Of a stretch of 30,220 nt of DNA, positions 1 through 6,676 are shown one piece after another. Position 1 is the stretch's first letter. Each line of letters starts with the position of its first letter. Below the pieces are notes generated by a model, which saw only the letters and a program-made list of their open reading frames with translations, ran no database searches and had not been told where the DNA came from. This DNA is from a virus (lineage: Duplodnaviria; Caudoviricetes), in the IMG/VR virus record IMGVR_UViG_3300017988_000514, positions 1 through 30,220 of that record; one strand, 5' to 3'. Position numbers and translations under genes: made by a program.

Positions 1-1485
1 CATTTTTTCAGGGACACCATACTCTTCTGCCATCTCCTTGGCAGTTCGCTCAGCGTAATCTAATAGTCGCTTGTACTCAATGGCATCTGAATCCGTCCGA
101 TTAATTACGCTTGTAGAATCAAAAGGAGCATTCCCCCCGTTATATTCATCAATGGTGTTGTTTCCCTTCATGACACGAACGGTGTAGCTGGTGGGGCAAG
201 CATCATAAAGAACGTGGGTAGCTGCTGCTGCTTTCTTAGCCAAGCTGCTCATCTTATCCAATTCACAGTTACTGGCTGAAACTGTTTTAGCAATCTCCTT
301 TACTGCTGCTTCATGAGCACTGGCTTTTTTCGGGATGTGTATTCGATTCAGCTTCTGGTTCACCTGCATCATGATAGGAGAAAGAGCCCCACGAACGGCT
401 TCACTTGCTGCCTTGCTAAAGCTGTATCGGTTCTCCTCGAAAGTAATCCAACCTGAAGAACGCGACCTGTCCCATGCTAGCTTTAATGAACCTTCAACAC
501 CAAGACCGTGGAGACTTATTTTATCCCCTTCACTAAATTGAGGGGTTTCCAACTTCTTATCCGGCACTTGGTATTCTTGTTCTTCTCGTTCGGCTTGTGC
601 CCCCTCTTCTGAAGGAGGGTAAAATTCATTTCCAGTTAGCTCATAGGCAAACCGGTATAGTTCTCGTGCTTCTTCGGACTCAAAAACCAGTTCTTTTCCA
701 CGACTCGCAATAATTCCATGGTCACCCATAAGTTCACCATACCCGCAATCATTACAGGTCAAATTATAGTCGGGGTTGAAGACATGTAAACCCAAATCAT
801 CGTTTCGCTGTTGCTCATTCTCATCGCCAAAGGATGTCTCAAGGGCCGTCTTAACCGACGCTATACGTTCGGCTCCAGCCCCTTCGGGGGCTCCATGCCA
901 ATGACCATCACTATGTTCATAACAGCAGTAATCACCACTATTGCGGTTGCCTGAAAACATTTCACCACAGCCCTCACATTTCTTGGTTTCAATGTGATCA
1001 TCCATGCGTTGATTGAGAGCGTGCTCATCCTTAAGCTTCTGATTTAGTTGGGCAGTTTCTTTAGGAGTCAACGAGGAGGCTTGTGACCTGCGTTGTCCAA
1101 CCTTTACCGAGGCCAGTTGTGGTTTGGGAGTGATTGGAGGTTTCCTCTGAGGGAAAAACCCCTCCGCTTCACCACCGGGACGATAGAAGAAACCCTCCGT
1201 GTGAGGACGGGCTTCAGGATGGTAGCCTTCAAAAGATTTAGAGGCACCTGCTGGGTTATCGAACCCCTTCGCTTCGGGTTGACCTTTATAGCGTTTTGCT
1301 TTCTTCTTCAATAAAGTATTTTCAATAAACCCCCGAACTCTATCTGGGGCGTCCTTAGTAGCAAGGTAACCCCCTATTTGTTTAGAGTACTCGCTAGTCA
1401 AATCGTCAGCATCACAGGGGTTCCAACTACCGCCAATAGCTTCAGGGTAAGCAAATTTCGCCTTTTTCAAAAGAGCATTATCCAT
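1..1485 (-). CDS. Modular hypothetical protein, possibly an internal head protein; partial (495 codons, runs off the left edge)
   Basis: Not in the ORF track; translated by hand. ATG at 1485, preceded by a GGGG SD-like tract, gives MDNALLKKAKFAYPEAIGGSW... and stays open to base 1 (...AEEYGVPEKM). It has two CxxC motifs (KCEGCGE, TCNDCGY) and recurring K-x-A linkers. Confidence 0.85.
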   Translation of the reverse strand, partial: MDNALLKKAKFAYPEAIGGSWNPCDADDLTSEYSKQIGGYLATKDAPDRVRGFIENTLLKKKAKRYKGQPEAKGFDNPAGASKSFEGYHPEARPHTEGFFYRPGGEAEGFFPQRKPPITPKPQLASVKVGQRRSQASSLTPKETAQLNQKLKDEHALNQRMDDHIETKKCEGCGEMFSGNRNSGDYCCYEHSDGHWHGAPEGAGAERIASVKTALETSFGDENEQQRNDDLGLHVFNPDYNLTCNDCGYGELMGDHGIIASRGKELVFESEEARELYRFAYELTGNEFYPPSEEGAQAEREEQEYQVPDKKLETPQFSEGDKISLHGLGVEGSLKLAWDRSRSSGWITFEENRYSFSKAASEAVRGALSPIMMQVNQKLNRIHIPKKASAHEAAVKEIAKTVSASNCELDKMSSLAKKAAAATHVLYDACPTSYTVRVMKGNNTIDEYNGGNAPFDSTSVINRTDSDAIEYKRLLDYAERTAKEMAEEYGVPEKM

Positions 1486-1514
1486 CTAACTACCCCTTAA
1501 GACATAGTAATCCC

Positions 1515-1534
1515 CTAACTAAGAATTTCGTAGT
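1515..1534 (-). promoter_or_regulatory. Candidate phage late-promoter motif, copy A (ACTACGAAATTCTTAGTTAG)
   Basis: Matches the motif shared by four minus-strand intergenic regions; lies 30-50 nt upstream of the ATG at 1485. Confidence 0.55.
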
Positions 1535-1541
1535 CTATGGT

Positions 1542-1874
1542 TTATGGCGTTGGCGGATTTGGTGAGTTCACAGGAGGAGCCCCTGCTGTAGCGGTCTTCC
1601 CTTCAGCCCAACTCGATACCTTGTTGATACCGTAGAGAGCCCCACAGATAGTCACAATGAACGTAGCACCCGCAGTTAAAAAGGCGTCAAACTGCTCAAT
1701 AGTGATCAATTTGTGATGCACAGAAAGACAATACGAAACCCCTACCCCAAGTACAAAAGCAATCACCGCAGCCATATGTACACGGGTGGAACTCCCGCTA
1801 CCATCGGATTCACTATAAACGCTCCGAAGCCAAAGTATAAAAGACTGAAAAAAAGAAACAAGCTTACTCCACAT
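1542..1874 (-). CDS. Small two-TM membrane protein, holin-like (110 aa; alternative start at 1889)
   Basis: A DGSGSSTR motif is followed by two hydrophobic segments (VHMAAVIAFVLGVGVSYCL; AFLTAGATFIVTICGALYGI) and a Pro-rich tail. GGGGG SD at 1883-1887 favours the ATG at 1874. Holin function is inferred. Confidence 0.55.
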   Translation of the reverse strand: MWSKLVSFFQSFILWLRSVYSESDGSGSSTRVHMAAVIAFVLGVGVSYCLSVHHKLITIEQFDAFLTAGATFIVTICGALYGINKVSSWAEGKTATAGAPPVNSPNPPTP

Positions 1875-1891
1875 AGAAATAACCCCCATAC

Positions 1892-1911
1892 TTAGAGAAG
1901 CAATATTGAGT
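1892..1911 (-). promoter_or_regulatory. Candidate phage late-promoter motif, copy D (ACTCAATATTGCTTCTCTAA)
   Basis: Most divergent copy of the shared motif; fills the short gap between dps and the holin-like gene. Confidence 0.45.
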
Positions 1912-1913
1912 TT

Positions 1914-2390
1914 TTATGCTTGAAGATGCGCCTGAAGGAACCACAAATCCTTGTCAGCCTGACGAACTAACTCAATAAACACATCAGCGGAGGCTTGGTC
2001 GTTATGGCTGAGGCACCCTTCAATGGCTGTTCGCATGGCATTTGCAGCTTGCCCAAGGCGTGTAGAAAGAGCTAGGAGGTGGTCTGAGCCCCTTACAGTG
2101 TCCATGGGATACTCTGGGATGGTGGACTTCGCTGCAACCTGTCTCACCGTGCCCTCAGCCACCCCACCTAAAGCCGTAATCCGTTCTGCTATAAGGTCAC
2201 TGGCGTCTTCCAGATGTTTGGCTATTTCATCAAATAGGAGGTGTAGCTCATAAAAAGCCATCCCCTTGATGTTCCAATGAGCCTGCTTAGCCTGAGTTTT
2301 TAGGTCAATGGTGTCTGCCAAACGGTCGTTTAGTAGAGTTACAAGTTGAGTTCGGCTGCTCTCGGGTATATCGACTGACGTTGGAAACAT
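1914..2390 (-). CDS. dps: Dps-family mini-ferritin (DNA starvation/stationary-phase protection protein)
   Basis: Dps signatures KQAHWNIKGMAFYELHLLFDE and DLIAERITALGG, plus C-terminal DKDLWFLQAHL. The ferroxidase His/His/Asp/Glu residues are present. 158 aa, GAGGG SD. Confidence 0.95.
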   Translation of the reverse strand: MFPTSVDIPESSRTQLVTLLNDRLADTIDLKTQAKQAHWNIKGMAFYELHLLFDEIAKHLEDASDLIAERITALGGVAEGTVRQVAAKSTIPEYPMDTVRGSDHLLALSTRLGQAANAMRTAIEGCLSHNDQASADVFIELVRQADKDLWFLQAHLQA

Positions 2391-2398
2391 AGAGCCCT

Positions 2399-2419
2399 CT
2401 ACACAAAGAATTCAGTAGT
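2399..2419 (-). promoter_or_regulatory. Candidate phage late-promoter motif, copy B (ACTACTGAATTCTTTGTGTAG)
   Basis: Copy of the shared motif directly upstream of the dps SD. Confidence 0.55.
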
Positions 2420-2898
2420 TACCCTACTCGAATTTGGTAATTAGGAACATTTCGATGAACGCCAGCGTACCCCTTGAATAGGGGAATGGCCAAATCAAAG
2501 TTACCCTGAAATGTTAGGTAGTACCCCCTGAGAGGATCATACCCCGAATCAAGAAGGGTCATAACACCACTACCAATAGGAGGAGGGGGAGGGGGTTGAG
2601 GAATGAGATAAATTTGAGAGGATGCCATGAGGGGATTGGGTGGTGGGACACTCAATTGCCACCATGTTTTCGGTTGATTATAGAACTGCTGGCAGAAAAA
2701 ACTAAATGCTTGGATACAATCTAGCTGCCCAACGTTATACCAAATGAGGTATAACGAGTTACCATAGAAGGTTGTGTATTGAGGAAAGGATTCTACGAAA
2801 GTAACTGATAGGATGGCACGCTGACCAGTGTCGATGACACCGTTACCCATGTCCTGTTCTTCTCCTATTTGAACCGCTAAAATATTTTCAGTGCCCAT
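2419..2898 (-). CDS. Hypothetical protein with a poly-proline stretch (159 aa)
   Basis: ORF in operon context with an AAGGA SD; no recognisable family. Confidence 0.75.
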   Translation of the reverse strand: MGTENILAVQIGEEQDMGNGVIDTGQRAILSVTFVESFPQYTTFYGNSLYLIWYNVGQLDCIQAFSFFCQQFYNQPKTWWQLSVPPPNPLMASSQIYLIPQPPPPPPIGSGVMTLLDSGYDPLRGYYLTFQGNFDLAIPLFKGYAGVHRNVPNYQIRVG

Positions 2899-2907
2899 TT
2901 GGGTCCT

Positions 2908-3564
2908 TTAAAAGCTTAAAATCCACGAGAAAATAATATTGGTTCCGGGCGGTAGAAGAAGAGGCGATAGCGTCTTATAATTCAGAAGCGTAACTGTATT
3001 CTGAGCAGCAGATACGGTTGAGTAGGTTGTTGGATCACCTGTAAAATAGGAAGCCGTCTGCATATTAGTTACAGGACTAACACTATTTGTACCACCTCCA
3101 ATAAGTCCCATTTCACGGATGCCCTGAGTAATGTTGTCTGTCGTAGCATTTACCGTACATTGAAAATTGACATAGGTGGATAAGGTATTAATGGGAGTCC
3201 AACCACCATTATTATCTGGCTGAACGTAATTGATACGGGAAAGAGGTTTACGAAGGAATTCTTGAACAAGAGCGGTTTGAACCGGGGTTTCCTGCGGTTG
3301 AGTTTCCGGGGCCCAAGTTGGTGAGCCTGCACCAAGAGCAAGACCCCACACTGAGTACAAAAGCTCATGACCGAGAAGATAAGGAGGGTTGGGGTCAGTG
3401 GGGTTCACATTAGCTAATAATCGAGCAAATAGCCACTTCACGTTATTCGCAATAACGTTGTGAGCTTTGTATAAGAGTTCTCCAGTATCTTCCCGTGTAA
3501 CATAAATATTGGTTGGAATTAGGTGGTCACAGATTGATTCTACAATAGCAGCATTCATACTCAT
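2908..3564 (-). CDS. Baseplate/tail-collar-like structural protein (218 aa)
   Basis: The pattern HNVIAN...ALGAG...TALVQEFLRK...IREMGLIGG...NYKT...IIFSWILSF resembles tail-collar/fibre-attachment domains of contractile tails. GAGGA SD. Confidence 0.65.
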   Translation of the reverse strand: MSMNAAIVESICDHLIPTNIYVTREDTGELLYKAHNVIANNVKWLFARLLANVNPTDPNPPYLLGHELLYSVWGLALGAGSPTWAPETQPQETPVQTALVQEFLRKPLSRINYVQPDNNGGWTPINTLSTYVNFQCTVNATTDNITQGIREMGLIGGGTNSVSPVTNMQTASYFTGDPTTYSTVSAAQNTVTLLNYKTLSPLLLPPGTNIIFSWILSF

Positions 3565-3569
3565 ATCCT

Positions 3570-3788
3570 CTAATTAAACTCAACAACAGTTCCAATATTC
3601 ACTTTAGGCGGCAAATCGGAAAGGTTCTTCAAAGTAGTGAAAACTCGATTGATCTTGAGATATAGCGGCTCCTCAAGAATCTTTACACCTCGGCCAGCTT
3701 TGATTAGAGCACCCTTCTGAGGGTCATGCTGAAGCCAGTAAACGTGGACATCTTGATTGATGGAAATCAATTCGACTTGAGTGAACAT
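3570..3788 (-). CDS. Small hypothetical protein (72 aa)
   Basis: Fills the gap between two minus-strand genes exactly; GAGGG SD lies in the end of the upstream gene. Confidence 0.7.
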   Translation of the reverse strand: MFTQVELISINQDVHVYWLQHDPQKGALIKAGRGVKILEEPLYLKINRVFTTLKNLSDLPPKVNIGTVVEFN

Positions 3789-3790
3789 AG

Positions 3791-5722
3791 TTAGCCCTCT
3801 TTGGTTGGGGATACACGGGTGATTCGGTATCTCATATTATTAATACTGTCCGCTCCCCATCCATCGGGGTTTGAGTCAATGTTATCTTTCAATTCTGCCA
3901 AACTGTTGAATGTTTCCGCGTAATCCCCATTTCGCGTAAACAAATGAACCATCCTACGAGAAGGTACCCCTCGGTGTTCCCCCTCACCGGCTGGTATGTA
4001 AGCAATCGGTAGCCCCCGATAACGATGGGTGTATGGTTGGCCTTCCTTGCTTCTAAGATAAGCATCCACTGCCGCTGCCTCTTTGGTGTTATTACTGGCC
4101 GCTTCACAGATTTGACGAATTTGATCCCCAGATTGTTGTAACAGTTTGATTACCCCGTTATGGTAATTGCCAGAGTTTTTTACCACATTTTTCTGTAGCT
4201 CTTCCCAAGTGACCCAAACAAGTCCGTCTGTTTCCTCATGAAATTGTAGGTTACTGGAGCCCCCCGCCATTGGGTTCAATTCAAACTCCGTAGGTACCAG
4301 TCCAAGGAAGTTGAAATACTTGAACTTTCCATCCGTAAACACATAGGCGGGGACGAGCCGAATACTTCCTTGATACCCTGTTTCCTCCGCCATCTCTTCT
4401 TTGGCACTTTCAGCCGGGGACATTCCCGGTTGAATAGCTCCTCCGATAGTTCCGAAACAATCCCCCTGATTCACTTCAGGGCTACGCCACGCCAAACAAA
4501 TGCGTCCGGTGGTGGTACATATAGGAAGGATGCCCGACGCTGCTCCTCCCGCCCCAACCCAATATCCTTTCTCATCTTCTCGAAAGGCCCTTTTAGATGA
4601 CGTTTTCTCTTTATCCTGTTGTTGCTCATTCTTTTCATCATCTGGTTTCAGATCAGTTTCGGGGTTGGACTCAGTTTCTGAGGGTTCAATGACCTCATTT
4701 CCCTGCTCATCCACTGCTTCGGCCTTATCCGAGCTTTCAGGGACATTTTCTTTGGAAAGGATTGACCAGTTTGTGTAGATAGTTGGAACGGGGTAGTTGC
4801 CTTCTTTTAACTCTGCCACAGAAGGAAAGTCTGCAAAGGTAACGCAACGACCGTCCGGGAATTTAACAACCCACTCCTTCTTTGAGTTGGAATAGATAGC
4901 CATATCATCCCCAATAGTGGCATAGGGAGAATAGGCTTCATCCCCAACAAAAATACTCTTAGGGATTCCCTCAGCATTTGTCGTCTTCATCTCTACGTCA
5001 TTATCAAACTTAATGGTAGGGGTGAATTCAGGAACTCGTGAACCTTTCTTCTTGTAAATTGCGTTGAGCAGGTTATTCTTGAAACCAGTCCCACTTAAAG
5101 GGATCGTTCCCCGAGGGTTCCCCATCATGTCATATACGATGATGTACATAGGATTGGGTTGAGACTTCAAACTACGGCTGCGGAAATTACGAATGACGCT
5201 CCGTGCATCGTTGACTGTAGTTTTAGACGGTTTTTCATAAGTAAGTTCCAAGTGACGTTGTACAGGGGGTCGTTTAATGGTTTTTCCTGATGCCGTAACT
5301 ACTTTACTGTAAACTTCATTAACAAAGTGGGGATCAATCCGAAACGTACCCTCGAAAACCTTTACTGTGGGGTCTTTACTGATGGCTGACAGGGCTTTAT
5401 CACTATCCGATTCACCAGTAATCCCTTTAAAACACATCAATGCTGCTGCATAGATTTTTACAATAATGCTTTCCTCAAAATTCAAACTTAGCATAAATGC
5501 GGACATTTCATCTAATAACGCGTGGACCGCTTCCGCAACCAACTCACTCATCGTGGAGGGTTTATCCTCAACCAGCGGGAACTTCAATGAAAACACAGTA
5601 AAGTTGGGAATTCCAAGGTCTAAGGTAATCACTGCATAGGGTCTGGCGTCACGCACAACCGTGATAGAAAGGCCACCAGTGGCAGGTGAAAGATAGGCGT
5701 TTTTGAGAGTCTCTAAATTCAT
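3791..5722 (-). CDS. Modular 643-aa protein containing a Nudix hydrolase domain
   Basis: Nudix-box-like GGAIQPGMSPAESAKEEMAEETGY (about 4373-4444), preceded by AASGILPICTTTGRICLAWRS and followed by ETDGLVWVTWEEL. An acidic linker precedes the domain. Confidence 0.85.
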   Translation of the reverse strand: MNLETLKNAYLSPATGGLSITVVRDARPYAVITLDLGIPNFTVFSLKFPLVEDKPSTMSELVAEAVHALLDEMSAFMLSLNFEESIIVKIYAAALMCFKGITGESDSDKALSAISKDPTVKVFEGTFRIDPHFVNEVYSKVVTASGKTIKRPPVQRHLELTYEKPSKTTVNDARSVIRNFRSRSLKSQPNPMYIIVYDMMGNPRGTIPLSGTGFKNNLLNAIYKKKGSRVPEFTPTIKFDNDVEMKTTNAEGIPKSIFVGDEAYSPYATIGDDMAIYSNSKKEWVVKFPDGRCVTFADFPSVAELKEGNYPVPTIYTNWSILSKENVPESSDKAEAVDEQGNEVIEPSETESNPETDLKPDDEKNEQQQDKEKTSSKRAFREDEKGYWVGAGGAASGILPICTTTGRICLAWRSPEVNQGDCFGTIGGAIQPGMSPAESAKEEMAEETGYQGSIRLVPAYVFTDGKFKYFNFLGLVPTEFELNPMAGGSSNLQFHEETDGLVWVTWEELQKNVVKNSGNYHNGVIKLLQQSGDQIRQICEAASNNTKEAAAVDAYLRSKEGQPYTHRYRGLPIAYIPAGEGEHRGVPSRRMVHLFTRNGDYAETFNSLAELKDNIDSNPDGWGADSINNMRYRITRVSPTKEG

Positions 5723-5809
5723 GGGTATTCTTATTCTTATGATGATATAGGGTTATTGAGCTACCCAACTTGAAGGAACCCTACCTTCAAACCTGCCTCC
5801 AACCCCTAT

Positions 5810-5829
5810 CTATTAAAGGAATCGGTAGT
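5810..5829 (-). promoter_or_regulatory. Candidate phage late-promoter motif, copy C (ACTACCGATTCCTTTAATAG)
   Basis: Copy of the shared motif upstream of the 643-aa gene, where minus-strand transcription would have to restart after the plus-strand island. Confidence 0.55.
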
Positions 5830-5845
5830 TTTCTAATAACCTACT

Positions 5846-5880
5846 CCTTGACCTCCGTGACACGTCACGGGGGTTGAAGG
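5846..5880. repeat. Inverted repeat / hairpin 1
   Basis: Core CCGTGAC-AC-GTCACGG (5855-5870), extendable through CCTTGACCT/GGGTTGAAGG with G-U pairs and a bulge. Confidence 0.75.
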
Positions 5881-5881
5881 C

Positions 5882-5916
5882 TATTTGGTGCCGAAGCCCC
5901 TCTTCGGCACCAAATA
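5882..5916. repeat. Perfect 15-bp inverted repeat / hairpin 2
   Basis: TATTTGGTGCCGAAG-cccct-CTTCGGCACCAAATA; no T-tract follows it on either strand. Confidence 0.9.
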
Positions 5917-5928
5917 AAGCTCACCAAG

Positions 5929-5963
5929 TGTCACTTATGCAACTTATGTCACTTATGTCACTT
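5929..5963. repeat. Tandem 9-bp direct repeats, four copies (TGTCACTTA consensus)
   Basis: tgtcactta-tgcaactta-tgtcactta-tgtcactt, followed by the AT-rich tract ttcaaataaatttaaat. Confidence 0.85.
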
Positions 5964-5993
5964 CCTCTAGTTCAAATAAATTTAAATCGGGGC

Positions 5994-6021
5994 TTGCAAA
6001 TCTGTACATCAGTGGTATTAT
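5994..6021 (+). promoter_or_regulatory. Sigma70-type promoter with extended -10 for the 6069 ORF
   Basis: TTGCAA (5994-5999), 16 nt spacer, TATTAT (6016-6021) preceded by TGG. Confidence 0.65.
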
Positions 6022-6068
6022 GTGTTCAGAAAGAATGTTCCAAGAAAAAATTTAGAAGAGGCTCAAGT

Positions 6069-6587
6069 ATGAATCAACGTGAGTTTTTTACTGCTATAGC
6101 GGGAGCAACTGGATTTGCACTCATTGCCCCCAAACTTTTTTCGACTTCAACCGGACGACCCGGTGAAGTGGAGATGCCCACTCTTAATCAGATTTGTGAT
6201 GGGTTTAGTACTATTCACAAAGAAGGTTTAGCAGTGAGGCATGTCTGGGTTCATGCAGATGACCTTCGGAAATTTAGAAAAACCATGGAACCCGCCTACC
6301 CCGAGGGGAGAGAAGACCGCGACCATCTCTGGGGAGCTTACATCAACCCCATACCCGCAAATCAAAAGCGTGGGACCGTATGGCTTCAAAGTGCTGTGAA
6401 GAATGAAAAAGTCCTTGCAATTAGAGTCAATGGGAAACAGGCAGCATCTATTTATACTCTCACAGTTGACCTCAATGGAACACCCCGCCGCCGAAATGTC
6501 CATATAACTAAAGAACCCCACGATCCCCACTTTTGGGCAGTGGATGATCTGATGCCACGTGCCGCAAAACCATTGAAAAATGGGTAA
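6069..6587 (+). CDS. 172-aa protein: Tat-like N-terminal signal/anchor plus a putative major-capsid-protein-like fragment
   Basis: The likely start is ATG 6069 with GAGG SD at 6058-6061 (the track's start at 5874 runs through hairpins and repeats). N-terminus MNQREFFTAIAGATGFALIAP. The core ICDGFSTIHKEGLAVRHVWVHADDLRKF...HLWGAYI...GTVWL recalls HK97-fold capsid segments. The ORF is well supported; the product call is tentative. Confidence 0.7.
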   Translation: MNQREFFTAIAGATGFALIAPKLFSTSTGRPGEVEMPTLNQICDGFSTIHKEGLAVRHVWVHADDLRKFRKTMEPAYPEGREDRDHLWGAYINPIPANQKRGTVWLQSAVKNEKVLAIRVNGKQAASIYTLTVDLNGTPRRRNVHITKEPHDPHFWAVDDLMPRAAKPLKNG

Positions 6588-6600
6588 AATGTGGTATTAT
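6573..6600 (+). promoter_or_regulatory. Sigma70-type promoter with extended -10 driving the CRISPR mini-array
   Basis: TTGAAA (6573-6578), 16 nt spacer, TATTAT (6595-6600) preceded by TGG. It shares GTGGTATTAT and the spacing with the promoter at 5994-6021. Confidence 0.65.
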
Positions 6601-6676
6601 AGGGGTGTGAAAGGCCAGTTTTTCTTGTTTATTTTTAGTGTAATGCCCATAGATACAGGGGTTTGCTAGTAAATGA

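Noticed and set aside
877-892. AGCCCC-TTCG-GGGGCT hairpin with a UUCG loop
   Set aside because: Lies inside a CDS, the UUCG form is on the non-coding strand, and there is no U-tract; no function can be supported.
5882-5916. 15-bp hairpin as an intrinsic terminator
   Set aside because: No T-tract follows it on either strand and it lies between divergent genes; kept only as an inverted repeat.
5874-6068. N-terminal 65 codons of the track's 237-aa ORF
   Set aside because: They run through hairpins, 9-mer repeats and the promoter; ATG 6069 has the SD and a signal-like N-terminus.
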